Counted from the stretch's first letter, positions 31,919 to 42,290 are shown. The stretch is DNA of 45,887 nucleotides from Verrucomicrobiales bacterium (GCA_031411295.1 JANOAV010000162.1:1-45887); one strand, 5' to 3'. The notes: a model not told the origin generated them from the letters alone. Numbers and translations: made by a program.

Positions 31919-32569
31919 ATGAAACCTCCTTTAAATGCTTTTTTCGCTCAGTGGCGGACGCTGCTTCCTCTGCTAGGGGCGCTCTATCTTGTCGCTTGCT
32001 CTCCGCCTCCCATCAAGAAGGCCGGGGTCATTAAAATTGAGAAGCGAGAGGATGGGATCACCTACGTAGAAGGAACCAATACCCGATACACTGGCAGTTA
32101 TTTGGAGTTGGGCAAGAATTCGGTGAAAGTCGAGGAATGGAACTATCGTGACGGATTGTTACATGGGGCAAATAATCGTTTTTTTGATCAGAGCGGGGAG
32201 GTGAAACGCAGAATCGATTACGTTAAGGGGGTGAGGGTGCGGAAACGGGCCTGGTTCCCGAATGGACAAATTCGGGCCGATGAGTCTTGGCAGAATGATC
32301 AAATTATTGGACTCTGCACCTATTGGTTCGAGGATGGCCGAATTCGCAAGCAAATGAGCTTTGCCTACGGCTTCCAACTGGAAGGTCATGTGTTGGAATT
32401 TGCCGAGGATGGTAAAGTGCTGTTCGATTTGATTATGAACAACGGGCAGTATGTTAGCGGAAAATTTGAAACCACGATGAAAGATCGAGTCAGCAAACGT
32501 TTCTTTACGGACAGCCCCTCTGGGAAAGAGGAGTCGGAGAAACCAGCCGCAAAGACCGTCAAACTGTAG
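31919..32569 (+). CDS. MORN-variant repeat (YwqK-like) lipoprotein
   Basis: Lipobox LVAC and repeats YRDGLLHG, WFPNGQ, YWFEDG. Confidence 0.8.
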   Translation: MKPPLNAFFAQWRTLLPLLGALYLVACSPPPIKKAGVIKIEKREDGITYVEGTNTRYTGSYLELGKNSVKVEEWNYRDGLLHGANNRFFDQSGEVKRRIDYVKGVRVRKRAWFPNGQIRADESWQNDQIIGLCTYWFEDGRIRKQMSFAYGFQLEGHVLEFAEDGKVLFDLIMNNGQYVSGKFETTMKDRVSKRFFTDSPSGKEESEKPAAKTVKL

Positions 32570-32584
32570 GCGAAAGCTTGTTGC

Positions 32585-33037
32585 ATGAGAGTTCTGATCC
32601 AACGGGTTAAGCGGGCAGGGGTGACCATTGCGGGTAGGGTGACCGCATCCATCGGAGCGGGAATGCTGATTCTGGTTGGGGTCGAGGAGGCCGACACCAA
32701 AGAGGACGCGGATTGGCTGGCGATGAAGCTGGCGAAGCTACGAATCTTTGCCGACGAGGCCGGGCTGATGAATCGATCCGTGCAGGAGATGGCGGGGGAA
32801 TTGCTGGTGGTTAGTCAGTTCACGCTGCATGCCAGCACTAAGAAGGGAAATCGGCCCAGCTACATTCGCGCAGCGCGACCCGAGCAGGCAATTCCGTTGT
32901 ATGAGTATTTCATCAGTGTGCTGAGCACTGCTGCGGCCAGACCGGTGCAAACTGGGCAGTTCGGGGCGGATATGGAGGTTTCGTTAGTCAATGATGGACC
33001 GGTCACAATCTGGATGGATTCGGCGGCTAGAGAGTAG
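32585..33037 (+). CDS. dtd: D-aminoacyl-tRNA deacylase
   Basis: MRVLIQRV, LRIF, VSQFTL, KGNRPS, FGADMEVSLVNDGPVT. Confidence 0.97.
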   Translation: MRVLIQRVKRAGVTIAGRVTASIGAGMLILVGVEEADTKEDADWLAMKLAKLRIFADEAGLMNRSVQEMAGELLVVSQFTLHASTKKGNRPSYIRAARPEQAIPLYEYFISVLSTAAARPVQTGQFGADMEVSLVNDGPVTIWMDSAARE

Positions 33038-33175
33038 CGTTTCATGTTGTAATGAGCGCAATTTCATCCTGCGGCAGGAGACATTTTGATTGTCAACCAG
33101 CCTCCGCATTGAGTATAACTCGGTGCTCTCGCTAGGCAGCAATAGACTGCAATCACTAGTTAGGCTTCCTCCCTT

Positions 33176-36100
33176 ATGAAAAAATCGATTTTAGTTTTTG
33201 CTGGTTTGGCCGCTGTTTGGCTTGCCTTCCAGTCCTGGCCCTCGGCTAATCCTGCTGCCACCAACACTGCTGTCCAGCCCGTGGGGCCGGATCGTGCCGG
33301 GGTGGTTTCGGTCTCGGAGGACTTGCCCCCAGTCGAGGTCAGCGCGGAAGGCGCGCGCGCGACCCAGCGGGATTTCCAGCGTATGGTGGCTTTCGCGAAA
33401 TGGACGGATCGGTGGATGGCAGCGGCGGAGGAAGTCCGGGCTGGCATGGTGGCGGAGGGCAGGCGCTTGGCTGAGGCGCGTCGCCCCGCGTTCAAGAACT
33501 TTATTATTAGGGATCCGCAACGAGCCTTGGAGAATGCCGTGCCGCGCGTGGTGCGGCAAACGTTGCCGGAGGAAATAACCAAAGCGCTGGAAGTCCCCCT
33601 TTCCGCCGAGGGCAATTATAGGGTATATTTTGGGAAACCCATGCCGGGAGTCGCATTGCCTGCCGACACAGAGTTAACGATGCGGTATTTTGAAACGCCA
33701 GATGGCGCGAGCTACAAGGCCCGGGTCTTCGGGGAAATGATTCCGGTGCTCTCTAATCCTAACTTGCCCTTGCGCGGGGTGGCGGTGGATCGGGAGTTTG
33801 CGGTGGCGGAGAATCCGGTGCGGAGGTTGGAAGTGGGGGAGATTATTCCAGCGGATTCCGTGGTCTCCAACACTTGCCCGGTCTCTGGGAAGACGACGAA
33901 GGAAACGGTGGCAAACGCTGAGCCCGTGACGGCGGAAACGGCGGTGGTTGAAGTGGCCGGGCGCTTGATCACGCTTTGTGATGGCTCGCATGTCACGGTG
34001 CTGGAGAACAGTTATCGTGAGGCCAGTGGGGCGGGCGGGGCCGGGGCCTTTAAGGATACTTATCCTGGCACTAGCAGCACTGCGATTGGGAATTTCCGTT
34101 GTTTGTATATTCGGGTCACCTACACCGATCAATTGAAGGCTCCCAATACCGAAGCCAGCGGCTATAGCGACATGAAGAATGTGGCGAAATATTATTTGGA
34201 TAGCTCATTCGGAAGAATGTCCGAGACCGCCACCGTGACTCCGCTGATCGTGCTGCCGCATTCCCAAGCTTGGTATATCGCGAAGGATTCGGAGGTGGAT
34301 GGCCTGGGGTTGGTGCATTCCGATGCGCGCTCCGAAGCCAAGAAATTGGGGTATGACAGTGGACAATATACCTGCACCATTGTCCGCGTGAACGGTGGTC
34401 CGCGGCTCAGCGGCATTTCCTGGGGTGGGGGAAGCAGCGTGTGGGTTAGCTGGGACGGGATGGATGTCTTGAACCATGAGTGCGGGCACTCGCTGGGGAG
34501 GAATCACGCCAATTATTGGGCGACGAATGATGGCACGGCCATTGGAAATGGGGCCAACGAGGAATACGGCAACAGCTTCGATGTGATGGGCGGGGGCGGG
34601 GGCTACGGAGCCCACTATAACACGATCAGCAAACGGGCGCTGGGCTGGCTTTCCGACTCATATGTGTATCGTCCGGTGGCGAATGCGGCGGCTAATGGGA
34701 ACTATCGCGTGGTGGCTTATGATCAGCCCACGCTGGAGGAAGGGAAACGTTATGCTCTCCGCGTCGCCAAGGATTCAGCTCGCGAATACTATTTAGAGTA
34801 TCATCCGGCTGCGGGAGGGTTGCTGAAGGACTCGGCATTGTTATTATTTAAATGGTCCGGCATGAGCAACGCGGGACATCTGATTGATACCACGCCGGGA
34901 TCCGCTGGCGGGAAAAGTGATGGCGGGATTCAGATCGGTCGGACGTTTAGCGATGCGGAGGCGGATCTCCATTTTACAGTGCTGTCCAAGAATGCGACCG
35001 TGCCTCCGTCCTTGGATGTTAGTATGCAACGCGGACCCTTTCCGGGGAACCAACCACCAACGGTCCGCGTGAACGCCAGTGCGACCGCAGTGGCCGTTGG
35101 AGCGAATATCACTTTCACCGCAACAGGCAGCGATCCCGATGGCGATCCGTTGTCCTACTATTGGGATTTCAATGACGGGGTGGCGAGTGAGAATTCGGCA
35201 ACGCTAACGCGCAATTTCCCCGCCACGGATCAAATGACAGTGATGGTGACCGCTTCAGACATGAAAGGTGGGATTGCCCGGGCACATGTGGTGGTTACCA
35301 TCGGCAGCCCGGGACGCTCCGTGCTAACAGGTCGAGTGATGCTGGGCGCACAACCGCTCATGGGGGTTTACATCAAAAGTGACAAAGGCAAATATTGCTA
35401 TACCGATTCCAGCGGAAACTATGCCCTGTGCGACCTAACCCAAGCCAGCCATTCGTTCACCGCTACTCTTGCAGGCTATAGTTTCACCGCTGGCTTTACC
35501 AATCCCTTCACGCCAGCCACTGGAACGACGCCTGGCAAAGACTGGACGGCCGTCAGCATTCCAGAGTTAACGATGACGGCCACGGCGGACGCCACGGAAG
35601 TGGGAGTAAATGGAAGTTTCGTGCTGGCCCGCACTGGAGATACCACGAGTGCGCTGGACGTGCATGTGGCCAGCCCCACGGGCAACGCCACGATCGCGAC
35701 CGACTACACCTTGAGTCCAGCTTATACGGATGATGGCGTCTTCAAGAAATTTACCATTCCTGCCGGATCCAGTTCACTCACCGTCAATGTCGTGCCAGTG
35801 AACGATGCCGCAGCGGAAGGTCCGGAAACGGTTACCTTGCAGTATGCCGCTAATCCCGGCTACATCGTGCGCCGACTTGGTTCCGCCACGGTAGCTCTAG
35901 CGGATAATGACACCGCCCTGCCCCAGGTCGCGCTGACCGTGCCGGATCCCAATGCCAGTGAAACCCCGGGTGACGGGGGTGCATTTCTCCTCAGTCGGAC
36001 TGGCAGCACGGATGCCCCGCTGACCGTCACTTTAGCTTACACGGGCACAGCCACCCGGGGCACGGATTATCCAAGTTTACCCACCTCGTTTGTCATCCCG

Positions 36101-39100
36101 GCGGGCGCGGCCACGGCCTCGTTGGCACTGGTTCCAACGGATGATCTCGCGATTGAAATCCCCGAGGATGTCATCGTCACGATTTCAGCAAACGCTGCTT
36201 ATGTAATCGCCAGCGGTGCCAATACGGCCACCGCTACGATCATCGATAACGATACTCCCGTCGTCACGATCTCCGCCTTGGACGCGGTGGCGTCAGAGGC
36301 TGGCCGCAAACCTGCTGTGTTGCTGATTTCCCGCACTGGGAGCACGGCGGCAGCCTTGAAAGTTTACTATGGGATGGCTGGCTCAGCGTTGCATGGCACG
36401 GACTACGTTTCCCTTCCTGGCGAACTCACGCTGCCTGCGGGCGTGGCCAGTGCTCCGCTCCTGATCACCCCTTACGACGATAACTTTGGGGAGCCCACCG
36501 AGACCGTCACCATCAACCTAACTACCTTTGGCGATGCCTACTCGCTGGCCCCAGCCTACTCCGCCTCGATCAATCTGCTGGACAACAATGATCCGCCGCT
36601 GGTGAATGTCACGGCGGGCACCTCGGCGGCGGAGCCAAGCACCAGCGGGAACTTCATCGTGCGCACGATGGGCTCCTCGTCCGCCCCGGTCACGGTGCGT
36701 TATGCGGTGAGTGGCACGGCCACATCCGGGGTGGATTTCACGGCTCTCAGCGGCACCGTTACGTTGCCAGGGGACGGCAGCGCCAGTGCCACTGTGACCA
36801 TTCCGATCCTCAACGACGCTTTGCCGGAGGACACCGAGAAAGTGATTATCACGCTGCTGCCGGACCCAAGTTATGTCATTTACAATGACGGCACCGCCAT
36901 CGTCCGCATCAAGGATGACGAGGCGGGAGCCGTAGCGGTTTCCACGCACAGCACCACCCCGGCCGAGCCCGGCACCACCAGCTCATTCTATCTTTCGCGG
37001 ACGAATTCCACAGGAGACCTGACCGTGAATTATACCATCTCCGGGACGGCCACCAACGGCACCGACTATGCCTCGCTGTCGGGCTCGGTCGTCATTCCCG
37101 ACGGTCAAACGGGCGTGGATGTGATCGTCACGCCAACCAATGACACCCTGGTTGAAGGAACGGAGACCATCATCCTAACGCTCGACTCCAGTGCAAGTTA
37201 TGGCATCGAAGTCCCGAGTGGCACCCTTTACCTGACCGATGATGAAACCAACCCCGCCACCGTAGGATTCAGCTCGGCCACGGGCACCACGACCGAAGCG
37301 CTGGACCCCACACTGGGCGAGTATCGGGAGGTGACGGTGGTGCTCTCGGCCGCGCAGGCTGGGACGGTCACGGTGGAATATTCCGGTGGCGGTGGCACGG
37401 CCACGGGCGATGATGTGGACTGGGCGCTGGTTGACGCCACCAATGCCATCATTCCGCGCGGCGTGCTGACTTTTAGTGCGGGAGAGACCAGCAAGAAAAT
37501 TCGTCTTCGCGTTAAAAATGATGCCGTTCAAGAGGGTGCGGAAACAGCGATTCTGCAATTGCGCAATCCGTATCGCGCGGCCCTGACGAGCGGTAAAAAC
37601 CTCCACACCCTAACGATCAACGATGCCAACGACCTCAGTCCACGGGTGCAATTCCTGTTGGCTAGTTCGACGGTGGCGGAAGTGGATGGGAAAGAACCAC
37701 TGCTGATGGCAGTGTTGGATAAGGCCCCGACGGCAGCCGTGAACGTAAACTACGCCGTCACCGGAGGCACGGCAACTGCAGGAACAGATTACACCCTAAC
37801 ACCCGGCACGATCACCTTTGCCGCCGGGGAAACGTTTAAGCTGATTCCGCTGACCATTGTCGTCGATGCCGTGGCGGAGCTGGCGGAAACGATTGCGGTG
37901 AGCTTGAGTGCCCCCACGGGGGCGGTTTTGGGCACGCCGACGACACATACCATTACCGTCAAAGAAACCAATATTTCCAATCTATCGGTAACGGCCAGCA
38001 CGAGCGAAGCCGTGGAAGGTGGCCAAGCGGGCGCGTTTACCATTACTCGCGTTGGTGGCTCCCTGGCGCTCGCTCTAACCGTCAACTATACCCTGGGTGG
38101 CACTGCTACCAACGGCACGGATTTCACGGCGCTTAGTGGGGCGGTCGTTCTGGGGGTCGGCCAAGCCTCAGTCAATCTTCCCGTGCAACCCATCGATGAT
38201 GATCAGACGGAAGCGCTGGAAACCGTCATCCTCAGCCTGACGGCAAACGCCAACTACAATTTGGATGCCGCGTCGGACGCGACGGTGAACTTGTTGGATA
38301 ATGATGCGCCTCCGGTGATCACGATCATTTCCCCGACCACGGATACCGTCAGTTTGCCGCTGGGAGTGGGGTTGATGGTCCATGCCGAGTCCACCGGCAC
38401 TACGCCCAATGGAGTCACTCAGGTGCCAGTGAGTTGGAGCATGGTGAGTGGTCCCGCCGCAGCCGGGTTCGAGTCCGCCGCAGCGAATCAGACCGGGGTG
38501 ACGTTCCCAACAGCAGGCACCTACGTGCTGCGGGTTAGCTCGGGGAATCCCACCGGGCTCAGCACTACAGACCTCACCGTCTTCTATGATGCCCCCGCGC
38601 TAGTCGGACAGGATATCGGGGCCGTGGCTGGAACCACCACGGCGGGTTCGTCAACGAACGCGGCTGGCTCCTACACGTTGCGCGCGAGCGGCAGCGGGCT
38701 CAGTGGCAGCGGGACCTCGGATGGATTTTATTTCCTGTCTCTCCCCATCACAGGAAACTTTGACTTCAAAGTTCGGGTCGCCAGCATCCTGAATCCCGGA
38801 GCCAGTGGATCCTGCCGCTTTGGGTTGATGGCTCGGGCCTCCAATGCTGCCAACGCGCTCTATGCCTACAGTTGTTATAAAGGAGATTTGAACCACGCCT
38901 ATCAATACCGCACTGTTGTGGGCGCAGCGCCCGGGGCCAGCACGGGCACCTCTGCCAGCTACACCATGCCCCGCTGGGTGCGCCTCACCCGGACCGGAGA
39001 TGTTTTTGCCGCCTACCTCAGTCCAGACGGCACCACGTGGACCCAGCGGGGGGCCAACCAGACCATCGCCATGGGCGCCAGTCCGTTGGTCGGCTTCGCT

Positions 39101-39847
39101 CTGACGAGCGCGGTGCAGGCCTCCCTCAGCACTGCCGTGTTCGATAGCGCCAACTTGCCGCTCGCCAGCAATGTGGGGCCATTTGTCAATGCGGGTAACG
39201 CCTTGTCCGGTGGCTCCCCGTGGAATCTGGATGCCACCATTACCGATGATAGACAACCACTGCCAGCTGCTCTGTCCCACCATTGGACCACCTGGAGCGG
39301 TCCCGGGGCTGCTACTTTTGTTTCATCTGCGGCAACCGATACTGGAGTCACCTTCCCAGTAACCGGACTCTACACGCTGCGCTTGACTGCGAGCGACGGA
39401 GCGATCACGACGTTCGATGACACCACGGTGAATGCCACGGTTCCCGTGCCCATCGAGACATGGCGCACCGCCAAATTTACCACCGCCGCAGGCAATCCCG
39501 CCATCAGCGGGGACCTGGCCGACCCGGATCACGATGGGATCAATAACCTCCTGGAGTATGCCCTGAATCTGGACCCTAATGCGCCCTCGACTCAATTGCC
39601 CACCTTAGCCGTTGAGGGAAATGTGATCTCATTAACCTATCGCAAGCATCTCGACGCTACCGACGTGGTCATGGAAGTCGAGGACTCCTCCGACCTGAGC
39701 GACTGGGCTCCCGTTGCCGTCACGGAAACGATTCTCGGCACCAATGCCCGCACCCAAACCATCAAAGCCTCCCTCCCCATGGACGGGCCTCGACAGTTCC
39801 TCCATCTGAAGGTGACCTACGGTGGCACGATCCCGCCCCAACCCTAG
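33176..39847 (+). CDS. Giant secreted metzincin metalloprotease (M11/M6-like) with PKD and multiple Calx-beta-like domains
   Basis: HECGHSLGRNH zinc motif and FDVMG Met-turn, PKD (YYWDFNDG), many GTAT.G.DY...E..ETV repeats, and C-terminal DPDHDG plus SSDLSDW...RQFLHLK. Confidence 0.88.
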   Translation: MKKSILVFAGLAAVWLAFQSWPSANPAATNTAVQPVGPDRAGVVSVSEDLPPVEVSAEGARATQRDFQRMVAFAKWTDRWMAAAEEVRAGMVAEGRRLAEARRPAFKNFIIRDPQRALENAVPRVVRQTLPEEITKALEVPLSAEGNYRVYFGKPMPGVALPADTELTMRYFETPDGASYKARVFGEMIPVLSNPNLPLRGVAVDREFAVAENPVRRLEVGEIIPADSVVSNTCPVSGKTTKETVANAEPVTAETAVVEVAGRLITLCDGSHVTVLENSYREASGAGGAGAFKDTYPGTSSTAIGNFRCLYIRVTYTDQLKAPNTEASGYSDMKNVAKYYLDSSFGRMSETATVTPLIVLPHSQAWYIAKDSEVDGLGLVHSDARSEAKKLGYDSGQYTCTIVRVNGGPRLSGISWGGGSSVWVSWDGMDVLNHECGHSLGRNHANYWATNDGTAIGNGANEEYGNSFDVMGGGGGYGAHYNTISKRALGWLSDSYVYRPVANAAANGNYRVVAYDQPTLEEGKRYALRVAKDSAREYYLEYHPAAGGLLKDSALLLFKWSGMSNAGHLIDTTPGSAGGKSDGGIQIGRTFSDAEADLHFTVLSKNATVPPSLDVSMQRGPFPGNQPPTVRVNASATAVAVGANITFTATGSDPDGDPLSYYWDFNDGVASENSATLTRNFPATDQMTVMVTASDMKGGIARAHVVVTIGSPGRSVLTGRVMLGAQPLMGVYIKSDKGKYCYTDSSGNYALCDLTQASHSFTATLAGYSFTAGFTNPFTPATGTTPGKDWTAVSIPELTMTATADATEVGVNGSFVLARTGDTTSALDVHVASPTGNATIATDYTLSPAYTDDGVFKKFTIPAGSSSLTVNVVPVNDAAAEGPETVTLQYAANPGYIVRRLGSATVALADNDTALPQVALTVPDPNASETPGDGGAFLLSRTGSTDAPLTVTLAYTGTATRGTDYPSLPTSFVIPAGAATASLALVPTDDLAIEIPEDVIVTISANAAYVIASGANTATATIIDNDTPVVTISALDAVASEAGRKPAVLLISRTGSTAAALKVYYGMAGSALHGTDYVSLPGELTLPAGVASAPLLITPYDDNFGEPTETVTINLTTFGDAYSLAPAYSASINLLDNNDPPLVNVTAGTSAAEPSTSGNFIVRTMGSSSAPVTVRYAVSGTATSGVDFTALSGTVTLPGDGSASATVTIPILNDALPEDTEKVIITLLPDPSYVIYNDGTAIVRIKDDEAGAVAVSTHSTTPAEPGTTSSFYLSRTNSTGDLTVNYTISGTATNGTDYASLSGSVVIPDGQTGVDVIVTPTNDTLVEGTETIILTLDSSASYGIEVPSGTLYLTDDETNPATVGFSSATGTTTEALDPTLGEYREVTVVLSAAQAGTVTVEYSGGGGTATGDDVDWALVDATNAIIPRGVLTFSAGETSKKIRLRVKNDAVQEGAETAILQLRNPYRAALTSGKNLHTLTINDANDLSPRVQFLLASSTVAEVDGKEPLLMAVLDKAPTAAVNVNYAVTGGTATAGTDYTLTPGTITFAAGETFKLIPLTIVVDAVAELAETIAVSLSAPTGAVLGTPTTHTITVKETNISNLSVTASTSEAVEGGQAGAFTITRVGGSLALALTVNYTLGGTATNGTDFTALSGAVVLGVGQASVNLPVQPIDDDQTEALETVILSLTANANYNLDAASDATVNLLDNDAPPVITIISPTTDTVSLPLGVGLMVHAESTGTTPNGVTQVPVSWSMVSGPAAAGFESAAANQTGVTFPTAGTYVLRVSSGNPTGLSTTDLTVFYDAPALVGQDIGAVAGTTTAGSSTNAAGSYTLRASGSGLSGSGTSDGFYFLSLPITGNFDFKVRVASILNPGASGSCRFGLMARASNAANALYAYSCYKGDLNHAYQYRTVVGAAPGASTGTSASYTMPRWVRLTRTGDVFAAYLSPDGTTWTQRGANQTIAMGASPLVGFALTSAVQASLSTAVFDSANLPLASNVGPFVNAGNALSGGSPWNLDATITDDRQPLPAALSHHWTTWSGPGAATFVSSAATDTGVTFPVTGLYTLRLTASDGAITTFDDTTVNATVPVPIETWRTAKFTTAAGNPAISGDLADPDHDGINNLLEYALNLDPNAPSTQLPTLAVEGNVISLTYRKHLDATDVVMEVEDSSDLSDWAPVAVTETILGTNARTQTIKASLPMDGPRQFLHLKVTYGGTIPPQP

Positions 39848-39860
39848 CCGTGCCCCTGAA

Positions 39861-39924
39861 TGTGGAGCAGTCGGCTCGACTGCTCCATCCCAGCCCCACC
39901 GCAGTCCAGCGGACTGCGACCACA
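39861..39924. repeat. REP-like inverted doublet (REPIN/BIME-like)
   Basis: tgtggagcagtcggctcgactgc and, inverted, tgtggtcgcagtccgctggactgc. Each arm is itself a hairpin. Confidence 0.65.
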
Positions 39925-40016
39925 CTCGCAGCGCGCCGATCTATTCGTCGAACGTAAATCGTCATTCAACCCTTCTCTCGCGAGTCTGATTTCCTTGCAC
40001 AGCGGAGAGAAAATTT

Positions 40017-40222
40017 ATGTCGATTTACGCTCGGCTGCACGTGAATGTCCGCAGATGATGACAACGGGTTTTGGGGAAACTACAGGGGAGACAACTGTCG
40101 GGGGGATTTCCTGAGGGGCTTCCCTCCGCTGAAACCAACCATGGCCGTAGTTGCTGGCTCGGTCAGCCTCCACGATAGTCACGTCATCCCTCGCAGCAAT
40201 ACGGCCTTAATTGCTAGCCGTT
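40017..40222. repeat. Partial copy of the inter-cargo element (blocks B-C-D), ending at GTT
   Basis: Aligns with 42438-42630 and 44004-44058, and its 3' part with 40916-40988. Confidence 0.85.
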
Positions 40223-40690
40223 TGGGGCGCTCGGTTTCTCATTAAACCGTCGCTCTAGCAACTGCCGAACTTCGAGACACGCGACAAACAATAACCCCGT
40301 CGCAGAAAGAATGGCGAGAAGCCCGCCAAACTCGCGCACCGGGAAGTGATTCCAACCGCGGGTCGCATAGAGGATGGTAAAGGTAATAATCGCTGCGCCA
40401 ACGACTGCAATCCCGAGCGTTCGCCACCAGGGAACGGGCCGCAAGCCGCCAGTCGCCACTAAGAACAATAAGCCGACCCCGCCTGCTATGCTGATTGCTG
40501 CGCCGTGCCAGTCGGCGTAAGCCGAGAGTGGAATCCGTATTGCTTTTGGGGCGGTTGCGCCAAGCGCACCAACAGCATCCGCAATGGACTCATAACCGAA
40601 TTGAAAGCTCCAAGGAAAGGCAGGGGAGATAGCTGCCAGAACGCAGAAAAGCATGGCCCATCCAGCTGTTGATCTCAGGAAGGTTTTCAT
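40214..40690 (-). CDS. Hypothetical membrane protein (cargo gene 1)
   Basis: 158 aa with ~4 hydrophobic segments. The ATG is 11 nt after the GTTCGGC core. Confidence 0.75.
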   Translation of the reverse strand: MKTFLRSTAGWAMLFCVLAAISPAFPWSFQFGYESIADAVGALGATAPKAIRIPLSAYADWHGAAISIAGGVGLLFLVATGGLRPVPWWRTLGIAVVGAAIITFTILYATRGWNHFPVREFGGLLAILSATGLLFVACLEVRQLLERRFNEKPSAPNG

Positions 40691-40701
40691 AAGTGAAGTG
40701 C

Positions 40702-40843
40702 GCCGAACTACTTGATCACCGACAGAAGTGCCGTTTGCTGCCGAGCTTCTTTAGAGGCGACAGAGTTGTCGTTTTTGGCGCGGGGTAGTGATTTCATAGT
40801 GGAATTTAGGTGGGATTTAGCCGCACATTGGCGCGGACGTCAA
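40702..40843 (-). promoter_or_regulatory. Module copy 1: promoter, 29-codon leader ORF (40708-40797), two palindromes, GTTCGGC core
   Basis: TTGACG (40838-43)-N17-CTAAAT (40815-20), boxes at 40720-33 and 40758-71. Close homologues at 42291 and 43868. Confidence 0.8.
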
Positions 40844-41015
40844 TAAAGAAGCGGGGGACTCAAGAAAGCCGTTGGTTTCCGAATGGGCGGCATCGGGTAG
40901 AGACTGGCCTCCGAGGCTGGCTCGATCCACCTTCCCCCGAGAGTCACCTCAACATCTCGCAGCAATACGGCCTTTATTGTTCACCGTTGTTTTGTATCTG
41001 GTTCTCATCGCCAAC

Positions 41016-42272
41016 TCATTTGGGGAGCAAATGGCGAAAGTCCGCGACGAAAGAGTGGGCGTCATCATCGTCCAGCTTCGGCCCGGTGCCCCAGTTGGAA
41101 GCGAAGAGAACCCGCGTGCCGCTTGGTGAAGGAATACCTTGGGCCTGTGCCCAATAATCCACCGGGTCTTCGTGCCGGGTATGGCAGATATACTCGATCC
41201 GTGACCCGTCCAAGGCCACCGCTGCGATGAAGCTGTCCTTCTGCTGGCCATCGCGTGCCGACCTATCGCTGACGAATGCCCAGCCGGGCCGACGAAAAGC
41301 CCGCCCAGAGGTATGGTCGCCGCCACTCAGGGCCAGCGGCAAGAGTTGGCCATCGCTGAGTCCAAGCAAGACCTCCTTGCCGGAGAGTTTCGGCCCGGCA
41401 GCGTCGTCATCCGAGCGCCCCACCTTCACATCGCGGCCATCTGCGGTGAGCGCGAGGTCGCCGTGTCCCGGTGTGTGTGGAAACTTCCTCTGCTCAGTGA
41501 GAAGGTGCCCTTGGAAGTCAAAGACGGCCAGTGCTTCACCGCGGCTGTTGCCCTCACCGCCTGCGCCACGGGCAGACATCACCAGATAGCGCCCGGAGGG
41601 CGAGGGCTTCAGGATCTGATGTTCGCGCTCTTTGCGCGCAAAACCAAACTCCGTAAACCGCAAATCGGGTGAGGCCCGCGTCCGACGGTGCAAATCCACC
41701 CCAAAACCCACATCGGCACCGTCCGACTCGCGCCGCGCCGTCACCGCAGTGAAGCAGCCATCCGCCGAAAGAAAATCCTCTGAAGCGAGCTGCACCAGGT
41801 CAGTGTAGCCGGGAAAACGGCAAATCTCGGTAGTCTCTCCGGTCCTCCCGTTCCATTGCTCCACGCGATTCCCACGCACTAGCACCATCACGTCCGCCAC
41901 CGTGGGATGCCAGGTGCCCGCCACCGGCGGCCCCCACCGATGGAGCACCTCATAAGTCTCACCATCCAAAATCAGCGGTCCGCCGAAGTGCAAATACAAC
42001 AGCTTCTCATCCGCACTCCATACTTGTTTGAGGCTGTAAATGGACCGATTGCGCCCGGCCCATACTCCTCCGACGTTAGGCACGGGGGTATTCTTGTCTC
42101 CGGTGATCCGCGTGACGCGGGTGCGATAAACAGGATCGTTAAAAGAGCCAAGGTAAGCGGGGAAAGGCACTGGCGGAGCTACCGGCCCGCACTCTGTCCG
42201 TAGCCCCTCAGCATTTAGCCGGAAAAGACACCAGCAAAACGTGGAGCAAATAATGCGCAGTCCGCGTTTCAT
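41016..42272 (-). CDS. Secreted beta-propeller (TolB-like) hypothetical protein (cargo gene 2)
   Basis: Signal-like N-terminus and WSADEK, LSADG, PSPSGRY, PSPSGTRVLFASNW repeats. Confidence 0.8.
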   Translation of the reverse strand: MKRGLRIICSTFCWCLFRLNAEGLRTECGPVAPPVPFPAYLGSFNDPVYRTRVTRITGDKNTPVPNVGGVWAGRNRSIYSLKQVWSADEKLLYLHFGGPLILDGETYEVLHRWGPPVAGTWHPTVADVMVLVRGNRVEQWNGRTGETTEICRFPGYTDLVQLASEDFLSADGCFTAVTARRESDGADVGFGVDLHRRTRASPDLRFTEFGFARKEREHQILKPSPSGRYLVMSARGAGGEGNSRGEALAVFDFQGHLLTEQRKFPHTPGHGDLALTADGRDVKVGRSDDDAAGPKLSGKEVLLGLSDGQLLPLALSGGDHTSGRAFRRPGWAFVSDRSARDGQQKDSFIAAVALDGSRIEYICHTRHEDPVDYWAQAQGIPSPSGTRVLFASNWGTGPKLDDDDAHSFVADFRHLLPK

Positions 42273-42290
42273 TGAGTAGCGCGTGGCGAC

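Noticed and set aside
40702..40988. Canonical attC site between cargo genes
   Set aside because: It is bounded by AAC and GTT but is ~290 bp long, with no end-to-end palindrome or L boxes that I could find.
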